64,000 bases of DNA. Origin: Verrucomicrobiales bacterium. GTDB lineage: Bacteria; Verrucomicrobiota; Verrucomicrobiia; Limisphaerales; CANJXF01. Both the position numbers and the translations under genes were made by a program. Positions 35,511 to 44,853 of this stretch are shown here, one piece after another (the stretch's first letter is position 1; each line of letters begins with the position of its first letter). The DNA lies in assembly GCA_947478865.1 (NCBI GenBank), contig CANJXF010000003.1:26912-90911 (forward strand). The letters are read 5' to 3'. The notes under the pieces were generated by a model. That model was not told where the DNA came from and searched no databases. It saw only the letters and a list, made by a program, of their open reading frames with translations.

Positions 35511-35813
35511 GTGGAAATGACACGCCATTGTCACAAGTGCGGATGGGAATGGACCCTTCCGGGTCAACCTGGGCGCAGTGAATCGTGCCACCGTTGCAAT
35601 GCGGACTTGCGGGTTTGCTTGAACTGCGCCAGCTACGACGCGCGTGCTGCCCATCAGTGCCGCGACCGCCGCGCGGATCCCGTCGCGGAAAAACAGGTTG
35701 GGAATTTTTGCGAGTACTTCGATTTCGTTCGGCGAAGATTTACGGCGAAAAGCGAAGACAACCCCCGTGAAGATGCCGCCCGCGAGCAGCTGAAAAAATT
35801 GTTTGGCGATTGA
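35511..35813 (+). CDS. small Cys-rich zinc-ribbon protein
   Basis: CHKC ... CHRC ... CLNC ... C pairs within the first 50 aa of a 100-aa ORF. Confidence 0.55.
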   Translation: MEMTRHCHKCGWEWTLPGQPGRSESCHRCNADLRVCLNCASYDARAAHQCRDRRADPVAEKQVGNFCEYFDFVRRRFTAKSEDNPREDAAREQLKKLFGD

Positions 35814-35903
35814 GCGGCGCGCCAAGATTTTCACGCGCGCAGCGACTAAATCCGTTGCGAACCCGCTTTCGCCCAGGTAATTAAAAAGCCGAGCTGAAGC
35901 CTC

Positions 35904-36617
35904 TCACATGCCCGCGCCCCGCGCGAAGTTCACCGAATCTTTCAACCGCTTATTATCCGCACGGATCCGCGCCGCCAGCGTCTTGCTCATGGACAGTAGA
36001 AATGGAGCGGCGAGTTCTGGGGCGACATTAAAAAGTTTTTCAAACGAAGCGGCGGAGATCTTCAGCAGAACGCTGTCCTTATTTGCCACCACGTCGGCCG
36101 AGCGAGGGCCGTGATCGAATAACGACATCTCGCCGAAAAATTCACCCAGGCTCAAGGTGGCAATGATAGTTTCCTTTCCGCTGATCATCATGCGCACGCG
36201 AAGCTCTCCTTCTAGCACGAGATACATCGCATTGCCCGGCTCGCCCTGTTTAACGATTTCCGTCCATTGCCGCACCGATTGCACCTCCATGAATTGCACG
36301 AACCGTTCGAGCTGCGCGTCCTTCATGTCGGCCAGAATTTTCACGCGGCGGAGCGCGCCCGGCTTGAGGTTTGCGGCGCTGAGTGCGGCCAGGGCGGCGT
36401 TGGTGCCCGGAGCCGGTTTCTCTCGGAAGAAAAGTTGCAATTCCTGGAGCTGGCTGGCCTTTTGCCAGGAATCATTTTCTTCGCGGTAGATCCAGGTATT
36501 TGCCGCCACGCGTTCGTCTTTGACCCACGAGACGAGCATGGGCAATTCCACCGGGCCGTAAACAACTCCATCTACACCCCAGATTTTATAGCCGTTGCCA
36601 GCTTCATTGGATTCCAT
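35904..36617 (-). CDS. GYF_2-like domain plus cyclic-nucleotide-binding domain protein
   Basis: N-terminal YKIWGVDGVVYGPVELPMLVSWVKDERV ... W (GYF/DUF4339-like). The C-terminal cNMP-binding fold has GEFFGEMSLFD and RSADV. Confidence 0.7.
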   Translation of the reverse strand: MESNEAGNGYKIWGVDGVVYGPVELPMLVSWVKDERVAANTWIYREENDSWQKASQLQELQLFFREKPAPGTNAALAALSAANLKPGALRRVKILADMKDAQLERFVQFMEVQSVRQWTEIVKQGEPGNAMYLVLEGELRVRMMISGKETIIATLSLGEFFGEMSLFDHGPRSADVVANKDSVLLKISAASFEKLFNVAPELAAPFLLSMSKTLAARIRADNKRLKDSVNFARGAGM

Positions 36618-36791
36618 GAAACCGTTTTTAAGGAAAGTGCTTGTCAAATGAAAGAGCAAAATGCGCCGCACCTTTTTCCGGCGAATGATCCGACTTTGGC
36701 TCGGGACGCTGGAGGAACGGCTCGAGAACAGCTCCGCGTCGGGAGAATTCCATCCGTTTCGATCAAATCCCGAAGCTCCGCGCTTCCTCTC

Positions 36792-37445
36792 CTAAAAAAC
36801 CCTGCCCAAGCGATGCAACACTTGCCCCGTCCCCTCCAGCCACCAGCCAAACATGGTTAACAAATTTACTTTTGGCGCGAGCAGCGGGATTCCCAATAAC
36901 AGCACGCTGATGTTCCCCAGGAAAATGACGACGCCCGAAAACAAGTATCCTTCTTGCGTAACATCGGTCTGTTGCGTTTTGAGAATGTGCCAGGTCAATG
37001 TCACGTGAAACGCATAGGCCGCCCCGATCAACAAGTGAAACCAGACCTCGAACTTCTTCCAATCCCAGATCAGATGCCCCGCAAAAAACAAAACAACAAT
37101 CAGCGCCGCGTAAATGGGAAAAAAATAAGGGGCCAGCCCGATCAGGAAATTGGTTTTCGTCACGACAACATGGCCGCCGCGCGAAGTCGCCTTGAATTTT
37201 TTTACCTTCCCGCCGAACGCCCAGGTCCAAAGCGCGTGGGTGAATTCATGGCCAAAAACATAAATCCACATCGGCTTGGGCAACAAAACGAAAATGCAGA
37301 CCCAGCAGGCCGCGCCCGCGAGCATCGGCACCCAGGTCTGGTCAGCATTGCCGGTGGCTCGCAGCACCAGCCACAAGGCGTGGCTCGCACCGATGCAGAC
37401 CGGCAGCAGGAGAATGGCGATAATCAGCTTGGCCCATTTGGGCAT
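36792..37445 (-). CDS. polytopic membrane protein with HExxH motif (putative membrane metalloprotease)
   Basis: GHEFTHAL within a TM-flanked segment, with about 6 TM segments in total. Confidence 0.6.
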   Translation of the reverse strand: MPKWAKLIIAILLLPVCIGASHALWLVLRATGNADQTWVPMLAGAACWVCIFVLLPKPMWIYVFGHEFTHALWTWAFGGKVKKFKATSRGGHVVVTKTNFLIGLAPYFFPIYAALIVVLFFAGHLIWDWKKFEVWFHLLIGAAYAFHVTLTWHILKTQQTDVTQEGYLFSGVVIFLGNISVLLLGIPLLAPKVNLLTMFGWWLEGTGQVLHRLGRVF

Positions 37446-37450
37446 GGCGA

Positions 37451-37478
37451 ACAGAATTCAGAAGTCAGAATTGAGAAG
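37451..37478. repeat. four tandem heptamers (ACAGAAT TCAGAAG TCAGAAT TGAGAAG)
   Basis: Read directly, immediately upstream of the 36792-37445 start on the opposite strand. Confidence 0.75.
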
Positions 37479-37537
37479 CCAGCAGAAATTCACGTCAATC
37501 GACGCAAAGGCACTGGCCGATCTCGCACTTGTTCGAT

Positions 37538-38536
37538 CTAAACCCTGGCGGAAATATATTGTTCCAGCTTCGCCGCGTCCGAAGCGAATTGACGAATGCC
37601 TTCCGCAAGTTTTTCTGTCGCCATCGCGTTTTCGTTGAGCGACCAGCGGAAATGTTTCTCGTCCACGGGCAGCCGCTCGATCCCGCTTTGCTGGGCGAGT
37701 TCCGGACTGAGCTTTCGTTCGACCGGTGCGCTGCCCTTTTTCAATTCGCCCAGAAGTTGCGGGCTGATCGTGAGGAGGTCGCACCCGGCGAGTTCGAGGA
37801 TTTCGCCGACATTCCGGAAGCTCGCGCCCATCACTTCAGTGGCGTGTCCGAATTTTTTATAGTACCCGTAAATCTCTTTCACAGAAACCACGCCGGGATC
37901 TTCGGCGGCGGCGTAATCTTTGCCGGTGCTTTTTTTATACCAGTCGAGAATGCGCCCGACAAAGGGCGAAATCAGTTTTGCGTTTGCTTCAGCACACGCC
38001 ACCGCTTGAACGAGGGAAAAGAGAAGCGTCAGGTTGCAATTGATCCCTTCCTTTTGGAGGACTTCAGCCGCACGAATTCCTTCCCAAGTCGTCGCGATTT
38101 TGATGAGGATTCGCTCGCGTCCAATGCCCTGTTTTTCATAGAGCGAAATAAAACGACGCCCCTTTGCGATGAGCGCATCGGTATCAAACGAGAGATTCGC
38201 GTCGGTCTCAGTTGAAACGCGGCCAGGCACAATTTTCAAGATTTCGACCCCGAAGAGAATCAGCAGGTCGTCGAGAATTGCGTTGAGCAACTTTGCGCCA
38301 GCGAGATTGGTTTTCTTTTGGTCGGCAATGGCTTTGTCGAGCAGATGTTTGTATTCGGGCATCTGCGCCGCCTTGAGAATGAGAGAGGGGTTGGTGGTCG
38401 CATCCAGCGGGGCGAATTCTTTCAGCGTCGCGAAATCGCCCGTGTCTGCGACAACTTTGGTGACCTTCTTTAATTGGTCGAGCTGCGTAAGGGCCGGGAG
38501 CGTGCCGGGCTTTGAGACTTCAGCAAATGGATTCAT
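37538..38536 (-). CDS. tal: transaldolase
   Basis: VVADTGDF ... DATTNPSL and class I transaldolase colinearity. Start set at MNPFAE, because the ORF-track N-terminal extension has no homology look. Confidence 0.9.
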   Translation of the reverse strand: MNPFAEVSKPGTLPALTQLDQLKKVTKVVADTGDFATLKEFAPLDATTNPSLILKAAQMPEYKHLLDKAIADQKKTNLAGAKLLNAILDDLLILFGVEILKIVPGRVSTETDANLSFDTDALIAKGRRFISLYEKQGIGRERILIKIATTWEGIRAAEVLQKEGINCNLTLLFSLVQAVACAEANAKLISPFVGRILDWYKKSTGKDYAAAEDPGVVSVKEIYGYYKKFGHATEVMGASFRNVGEILELAGCDLLTISPQLLGELKKGSAPVERKLSPELAQQSGIERLPVDEKHFRWSLNENAMATEKLAEGIRQFASDAAKLEQYISARV

Positions 38537-38695
38537 AAAATTCTCATTGGGTTGGAGATATCTTCCAGAAACGTGTCTTAAAGATTCAGGCAACGCAACG
38601 AACGTTTCGGTCGCCAGGCGCGCAAGAATCTGGGGCGGCCACAGTCGAAATCTGGCCGTTTTCATTTTTGAAATCTTCTTCTATCCTCACGAGCC

Positions 38696-39778
38696 GTGAA
38701 TTGGAAAAAGACTTTCGCATGGATCCTGATTTTTGCCGGGGCGCTGCAATTGCGCGCCCATGACGCGGGACTTAGCACGCTGAAGTTGCAATGTTCCGGC
38801 GAACAGATTCACGCGACCCTGATTTTCTCCCCCAAAGATTTGGAGGCGGTAATCCAGCTTGATGAAAATTCGGACGGATTCATTTCTTCCGATGAGCTGG
38901 CCGGGGCCAGGAATATTTTGGAAAAAATGTGCGCCGGTCTGTTAGCGGTTTCATTAGACGGAAAACCCCTGACGCTTCGGGACAAGAAATGGGCTCTGGA
39001 CGAGAATGCCAATTTCCAATTCGATCTAAGTTTCTCGGGGAGCGCGGGATCCGCTTTGAAAGTCATTTCCAAGCTCATTGAGTTTCTGCCGCCGGGCCAC
39101 CGTCAGTTCGTCAGCCTTCAGGAAGGTTCCGCCCCGGCCATGACGGAAGATTTGCTCGATGCAGGAAATAATACCTTCACGGCAAATCTCTCGCCCGCCG
39201 AGACGCCGATCATCACCAGAAAGAGCTCTTCATTCTCAGATTTCTTCAGGCTCGGCGTGCGGCACATTCTCACAGGTTATGATCATTTGTTATTTCTGTT
39301 TGCACTGCTGATCGTTTGCGAACGCTTTGGTTCAGTTGCAAAGATTGTGACCTGTTTCACGCTCGCTCATTCGCTAACCCTCGCCCTCGCCACCCTGGAT
39401 ATTGTGCAGATTCCCAGCCGAATTATCGAACCGACCATCGCCGCGTCGATCGTTTACGTCGGAATGGAGAATATTTTTCGCAACGGCCATCCGAAAGGGC
39501 GCTGGTTATTGACCTTCGCGTTTGGTCTGGTGCATGGATTCGGATTTGCCGGCGTGTTGCGCGAAATGGAAATTGCCAAAAGCGCCAGCGTCGCCATACC
39601 GCTCGTCTCATTCAATCTGGGTGTGGAAGCCGGCCAGATTGCGGTCGCCGCGGTTCTGTTGCCGTTGCTTTGGCGCGTGAAACGCCAGCCGAAATTTGCG
39701 CCGCGCTGGGTTCCCGCCTGCTCAGCTCTCGTCGCCGCCGCGGGAGCTTACTGGTTTATCCAGCGCGTTTGGTTTTGA
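38696..39778 (+). CDS. HupE/UreJ_2-family membrane protein with N-terminal periplasmic EF-hand-like domain
   Basis: GTG start. Signal peptide. DENSDGFISSDEL Ca-binding-like loop. HILTGYDHLLFLFALL and GFAFGLVHGFGFA motifs. Confidence 0.75.
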   Translation: MNWKKTFAWILIFAGALQLRAHDAGLSTLKLQCSGEQIHATLIFSPKDLEAVIQLDENSDGFISSDELAGARNILEKMCAGLLAVSLDGKPLTLRDKKWALDENANFQFDLSFSGSAGSALKVISKLIEFLPPGHRQFVSLQEGSAPAMTEDLLDAGNNTFTANLSPAETPIITRKSSSFSDFFRLGVRHILTGYDHLLFLFALLIVCERFGSVAKIVTCFTLAHSLTLALATLDIVQIPSRIIEPTIAASIVYVGMENIFRNGHPKGRWLLTFAFGLVHGFGFAGVLREMEIAKSASVAIPLVSFNLGVEAGQIAVAAVLLPLLWRVKRQPKFAPRWVPACSALVAAAGAYWFIQRVWF

Positions 39779-41416
39779 GCTTTCTGGCCCCATGCCGGCT
39801 TCAGTTCGTGCGATTAAAAACGTTTTCAACTCCGCCGCCGCTTTTCCGCCAAAACCGGATACTTCCGCAATCTGTGCCACCGACGCGAGGCGAAGCCGCT
39901 GCACCGAGCCAAATTTCTTCAGCAGCGCCATTTTTCGATTGGTTCCGATGCCGGGAAATTCATCCAAAATACTTTCGGAGATTTTCTTGAGACGCAGCTT
40001 TGCGTTGTAAGTGTTCGCAAAACGGTGCGACTCGTCGCGGACGCGTTGGAGAAGCTTGAGCGCGCCGGTGTCGTGAGACAGTCGAAGCGGCTCGCTTTCG
40101 CCGGGCCGATAAATTTCCTCAAACTCTTTCGCTAAACCGATGATGGCGATGTGGTTTAAGCCAAGCTTGCTCAACTCGGCGCAGGCGGCGTTGAGTTGAC
40201 CTTTTCCGCCATCGATCAAAATCAAATCGGGAAAGGTTGTGGTTGGTTTTGGAACCCACGGCGCATTCATCTCGTCGCTCGGCGGGAGTTCCTCGGCATT
40301 GATTGGCTCCTCCACGATCTCCTCCGTGGTCGAAGTTTCTCCGGCTGAATTTGCTGGTTCATTCCCGTTCTGGTTTTTCCCAAGTTCCTGGCGCAACCGC
40401 GAATAGCGGCGGCGAATCGTTTCCGCCATGCAGGCAAAATCATCCTGCCCGGTGACAGTTTTCATCCTGAACCGGCGATAGTTCGATCGATCGGGGCGCC
40501 CGCGCCAAAAACTCACCATCGACGCGACCGCGAAAGTCCCGCTGATGTTTGAGATGTCAAAACCTTCGATTCGATCCGGCGGCGAGGATAGGCCGAGGAG
40601 GCGACACAATTCGCGCACATCCGACTCGGGATTGATGGAAACCGGCAGCGTGTAAGGAATGCGCGGAAACTTCTCTGTCTTCTTCGTGGTCTCGCGCAAA
40701 TCGTTCAACGCGTCGCGAAGCTGGGCGGCCTTTTCAAAATCCTGCGCGAGCGCCGCTTTCTTCATTTCGTCTTCGACCTGCTTTTCGAATTCGCCGGTTT
40801 GCCCTTCGAGAAACTCGCACGCCGCCAGCACTTGCAGTTTGTATTGGTCCAACGAGACATTGCCGATACACGGCGCAGTGCAAAATTTTAGATTGCCGTA
40901 AAGGCAATGTTTATAATCGCTTTCGCCGGGAGTGAGTGGACGGCATCCGCGCAGGTTAAATTTGCGCCGAACCATTGCGACGGTGTTTCGCAACGCGCCA
41001 GAATTCGCGAACGGCCCGAAATATTTCGCGCCGTCATCCGTCTTGAGCCGGGTCAACGTGAAGCGCGGAATGGGATCGTTCAGATTGACCTTGAGCAGGA
41101 GAAAACGTTTGTCATCGCGAAAACTGACGTTGTAGCGCGGGTGAAATTCCTTGATGAGCTTGCCCTCGAGCAGCATCGCCTCCGGCTCGCTCTTCACAAC
41201 GTGAACATCGAGATCGTGAATTGCGTCGACGAGCGCACGAAATTTCATGTCCCAGCCCTGGCGTCGGGACGGGTGAAAATATTGACTGACCCGCCGTTTC
41301 AAATCGCGGGCTTTGCCGACATAAATCACCGTCCCAAACCGGTCCTTCATCAGGTAAATGCCCGGTTTGTGCGGCAGGTCGGATAATTTCCGGCGGACTT
41401 GCTCAGTCACTGGCAT
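39722..41416 (-). CDS. uvrC: excinuclease ABC subunit C
   Basis: GIY-YIG N-terminus (PGIYLMKDRFGTVIYVGKA), UVR, endonuclease and C-terminal HhH segments. Confidence 0.92.
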   Translation of the reverse strand: MPVTEQVRRKLSDLPHKPGIYLMKDRFGTVIYVGKARDLKRRVSQYFHPSRRQGWDMKFRALVDAIHDLDVHVVKSEPEAMLLEGKLIKEFHPRYNVSFRDDKRFLLLKVNLNDPIPRFTLTRLKTDDGAKYFGPFANSGALRNTVAMVRRKFNLRGCRPLTPGESDYKHCLYGNLKFCTAPCIGNVSLDQYKLQVLAACEFLEGQTGEFEKQVEDEMKKAALAQDFEKAAQLRDALNDLRETTKKTEKFPRIPYTLPVSINPESDVRELCRLLGLSSPPDRIEGFDISNISGTFAVASMVSFWRGRPDRSNYRRFRMKTVTGQDDFACMAETIRRRYSRLRQELGKNQNGNEPANSAGETSTTEEIVEEPINAEELPPSDEMNAPWVPKPTTTFPDLILIDGGKGQLNAACAELSKLGLNHIAIIGLAKEFEEIYRPGESEPLRLSHDTGALKLLQRVRDESHRFANTYNAKLRLKKISESILDEFPGIGTNRKMALLKKFGSVQRLRLASVAQIAEVSGFGGKAAAELKTFLIARTEAGMGPESSKPNALDKPVSSRGGDES

Positions 41417-41554
41417 GGAACATTTTCGCGCAAAGACGCGAAGGCGCAAAGGGATTTATGGTTTGAACAGCAGGGCGCGACACTCCGTGCGCGCCGCTCG
41501 TTGCAATGTCGCGTCCGGCGCATGTTTGGTTCGCCAGCAATCCCTAGAAGCGTT

Positions 41555-41632
41555 CCCGCCGATCAACGCATCGTTGCCACCGCACAGAGTCACGGGCTGA
41601 CTCTCCTCGCCAGCGGCAAACTCATCCGGCAA
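41555..41632 (+). pseudogene. possible relic of a PIN-domain (VapC-like) toxin C-terminus
   Basis: PADQRIVATAQSHGLTLLASGKLIRQ resembles the conserved D-R-(I/L)-(I/L)-A-x-A ... GLTL(L/V)T end of PIN toxins. The upstream frame is not PIN-like. Confidence 0.3.
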
Positions 41633-41721
41633 GGCGGTTGGGTAAAAACGGTGTGGTGAAAGGATTCGCTGCCGAGAACCGTGATTCGACCGTGAAGAGG
41701 GATAACACGGCTGGTTCATTT

Positions 41722-43245
41722 TCATCTTCCGCCCGCCTTCTCGGCAACCATCTCCACAACTGCCTTATCGCTCCATTCCTGACAGTGCCCGGCCATCGGC
41801 GTAAACGAGATTTTAGCGTCTGACTTGGGATTCTCCGTCTTGTCGAGAAACGCTTTTAAGAACCGGGTCGCTACATTCGAAAGCAATCCATCCATGTCGC
41901 CGGTCCAGATCCAGATTTTCCCCTGTAGCCTCGGTCCCAGCGTGGCCCAATTCTTCTCCAGGATTTTCTTCAGATCATACCTCTCCCATTGCGCCGCGAT
42001 GGTGTGATCGATCTTTCCGGTGATCGGATCAAACATCAGCGCAGGCAGGCCATCCTTGCCTTTCGGCCCGAAGACCGCGTTGTAAGCTCCGAACTGACGT
42101 CCGGACATCGTGTAATTGTTGTTCCCGCCGAACACATTTTCCTCCTCGATGCATTCCTTCATCGTCCATTTCATATCGCCGTAAATACCCCGCGATTCAG
42201 GCTGCAGGTACCCATGTCGGCTGATAAAGGCCGACTCGTCATGATAGATGTCGATCAGGCCGTAATGCTCAAATTCAACCGGATCGGGACTGTAGGACCA
42301 GGCGCCGTTGAAAAAATCCGGGTAAAAGATCTGCAGCCCCAGCACCACCCAGCCACCGGTGGATGCCCCGGCGAGGAAGCGTTTCCCGGATTCCGCTTTG
42401 TAATGAACCCGCTTTTCAATTTCAGGAATCAATTCTTCGGTCAGGGCTCTTCCGCACGGGCCGTTGTTTTCGGAATCAACCTGGTAGGTATCGCCATACG
42501 GCCCCTGCGAATCCAGGAATACATAAACAATCTGAGGCGCCTTTCCGGAGAACCACCAATCGGAAAACTCCTTGTTCGCGATCATCCCATTGACGCCATC
42601 GTAACGCCCGTTCAAGCCGGGCGCCCGATAACAGATGGGATACGATTTGCCTGGAGTGTCGAAATAGCTCGAGGGCAACAAAACCGAAGCCCTCAGGTAA
42701 CGCGGCCTGCCGGAAAATTCGGACAGGCATTTGCTTTGAATGACCACTGGTTTGACAAATTTGTGACTGACGATCTCAAAGGGCGGAATCACTCTGTTCA
42801 AGGTAAGGCTTAGCGATGTCTTGGCGCCATATTTCGCCGAGCCCACCTCGCTCATCAAATTGCCGGGCACATTCTCCTGTCCGTCGTCCTGGTTCTGCTT
42901 GTAAACGACCTGAAAAGAAAATGGCTCGGCTGCATTCAGGAACTCGCCGATCGTGCCCGCGCTGATGACCTCCTTGTTCCGGGTATCGAGAACGAAGTCA
43001 GTGGCCGAATCCCAATGATGCGGAGTCACACCCGAAACAATATCGAAACCGTTCCGCGGCTCTTTGTTCGCTTGCCTGGTCAGGTAGAGGATGATTCGTC
43101 CACCTTTGATGAAGGAGGCTTTCATTTCTGGAGACACCGAAACCTTCACTTTCAACTCCGGGAGTTCCTGGGCTGTGGACACAACGGAACCAGCCCCTGA
43201 GGCGAAAATCATTACGGCAATGAATAATTTGTTCATACCAAGCAT
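41722..43245 (-). CDS. secreted putative esterase (alpha/beta hydrolase, enterochelin-esterase-like)
   Basis: Signal peptide. Nucleophile elbow GASTGG. DSQGPYGD and HCQEW segments. Confidence 0.7.
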   Translation of the reverse strand: MLGMNKLFIAVMIFASGAGSVVSTAQELPELKVKVSVSPEMKASFIKGGRIILYLTRQANKEPRNGFDIVSGVTPHHWDSATDFVLDTRNKEVISAGTIGEFLNAAEPFSFQVVYKQNQDDGQENVPGNLMSEVGSAKYGAKTSLSLTLNRVIPPFEIVSHKFVKPVVIQSKCLSEFSGRPRYLRASVLLPSSYFDTPGKSYPICYRAPGLNGRYDGVNGMIANKEFSDWWFSGKAPQIVYVFLDSQGPYGDTYQVDSENNGPCGRALTEELIPEIEKRVHYKAESGKRFLAGASTGGWVVLGLQIFYPDFFNGAWSYSPDPVEFEHYGLIDIYHDESAFISRHGYLQPESRGIYGDMKWTMKECIEEENVFGGNNNYTMSGRQFGAYNAVFGPKGKDGLPALMFDPITGKIDHTIAAQWERYDLKKILEKNWATLGPRLQGKIWIWTGDMDGLLSNVATRFLKAFLDKTENPKSDAKISFTPMAGHCQEWSDKAVVEMVAEKAGGR

Positions 43246-43713
43246 GTCTAAGGTTATTGAAACCTGATCGTTTTTGGAAAGTCGAAAGGGCTGTTGTCAC
43301 AAGCGATTTTTGAAGTGGCTTCCGCGAGAGCTGGTCTGAAAGTGTGGCGTGGGATTGAGCCTCTTCTTTTCCGGCCCGGCTGATGAATGGTGAAGCCTCT
43401 TTCCGGGCTGCTGCCTGCGCAAAGGACTGGAGTCAGTCCGGGCGGAGATGGACTTGACCGTGCGGGACTGCAACCTGAAACGAGTGCTGAACCTCATGAG
43501 CTTCCGGAACTCATGAAAGCCATCGCAGCAATGGCTTAAAAGGAAGGGCGGAAGCCCCTTTTCCGGTTTCAACCCACAGATAACTCCCTCTGAAGCCGAT
43601 AAGACCAATTCGACTCCACAAGCTTCAGGAAATTTTCGGAAGAAAAAAATGTCACCGACTCCAAAACTAACTCGCTACTTCACGCTTACTTCCTACCCAA
43701 AATTAGAATGCGT

Positions 43714-43840
43714 CTCATAAATAGCGAACGGAGCGCGGCTGTGTCCAAAGGACCAGCCGCAGCGGACTCGAATACCAATGAAATGCGCCATCTGCTGCGG
43801 CTGGTCGAGGACGACACAGCCGCGCTCCGGTATTTATGAG
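43714..43840. repeat. 127-nt extended hairpin element (MITE/REP-like)
   Basis: Perfect 17-bp (43729-43745 / 43813-43829), 13-bp (43751-43763 / 43794-43806) and 10-bp (43714-43723 / 43831-43840) stems around a 30-nt loop. Confidence 0.85.
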
Positions 43841-43890
43841 ATGACTTGTAGTTCTCACACAGACTCGCGCATGGTTAGGCCGTTGTGGTG

Positions 43891-44262
43891 TCATTGTCGG
43901 CGCGGGTCTCCTTTCCAAATGAACAATGAAGTCAAAAACGCGATAACAGTCCAAGCCATCTGCAACCCGACGGTCCAGATAAGCATGAACAAGCCGGGAA
44001 GTAGCCAAATGACGAATAGGAACCAGACGAGATGCCAAAACGTCGAGATGGCCCAAGCCACACTCCGGAATCTCGGATGACTGAGTCCGAATGCACGGAG
44101 ACCCCACAGCGCCCAAACAACGTATCCTAGAAGATAAACCTTCGGAAACTCTGCCCGCCGCGCGAAGGTAATGGCCCACCCGGCACCGCCGGCGAACAAG
44201 AGCGCCGCTGCGACTCGCCCAACTGGCCATCGTGAACTGAACTGTGCATGAGAGGCGGTCAT
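43891..44262 (-). CDS. small hydrophobic membrane protein (4 TM), function unknown
   Basis: 123 aa from MTASHAQF. Trp/Phe/Leu-rich TM segments. Confidence 0.45.
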   Translation of the reverse strand: MTASHAQFSSRWPVGRVAAALLFAGGAGWAITFARRAEFPKVYLLGYVVWALWGLRAFGLSHPRFRSVAWAISTFWHLVWFLFVIWLLPGLFMLIWTVGLQMAWTVIAFLTSLFIWKGDPRRQ

Positions 44263-44613
44263 GTGGCCTAGATCGTATGGCTTAACGAAGGGTTTAAGAG
44301 GGTGTTTGGATCCGGTAGAACGCGGGCTGCCTGGCGTGAGCCAGGCCGAGCCGGAATGTGAAAGATACGCCGTCGAAACAATAAACCATCCATCACCGCA
44401 GAAAGGAAAGAAGCGCCCATGAACAAAACAGTGCATCACATCGGTTGGGTCGTCCACAAAGAAACGATGGCCGACGCTGCTCCGGTCAGGCCGGAAAGGA
44501 AAACCGCAGAGAAGACTTCAGCAGTTCCACCGGGCTTGTTCAACAACGGCTAGCATGGATGCTCCCAAGGCTGACCCACATACTGATGGATACGCGAAGG
44601 ACGCGGATGGACT

Positions 44614-44718
44614 CCCTCTCCCCGCCCAAGCGGGGAGAGGGCTGGGGAGAGGGGATTTGCGCAGCGAGCCTGGAGTCCTCCTCTCCCCGCCCCTCTCCTC
44701 CCTCGGGGGAGGAGAGGG
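44614..44718. repeat. twin perfect 12-bp GC-rich hairpins (REP-like)
   Basis: ccctctccccgc-ccaa-gcggggagaggg (44614-44641) and ccctctcctccc-tcgg-gggaggagaggg (44691-44718). Confidence 0.9.
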
Positions 44719-44853
44719 AGTAAAACCCAGTTCGCAGGTTTATTTCACCGTATGCGTCAGACCTGGGTTCAACAACGGCTAGCTTCGACGCTCCTTCGCT
44801 CCGCTCAGTCGGTCAAAGCTAGCCTACTATATTGGAGGTTAGGCGGCGTCGCT

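Noticed and set aside
39722-39778. 57-nt convergent overlap of the HupE/UreJ-like and uvrC 3' ends
   Set aside because: The UvrC tail beyond its HhH region is low-complexity, so the overlap is probably trivial. No structure or motif was seen.
43715-44230. 171-aa minus ORF and 100-aa plus ORF (43778-44080) across the hairpin element
   Set aside because: Their 5' parts are generated by the palindromic element. Only the hydrophobic frame 43891-44262 was kept, at low confidence.
44445-44723. 92-aa ORF spanning the twin hairpins
   Set aside because: The Gly/Glu/Arg/Pro-rich translation comes from the CCTCTCC/GGAGAGG hairpin repeats, not from coding sequence.
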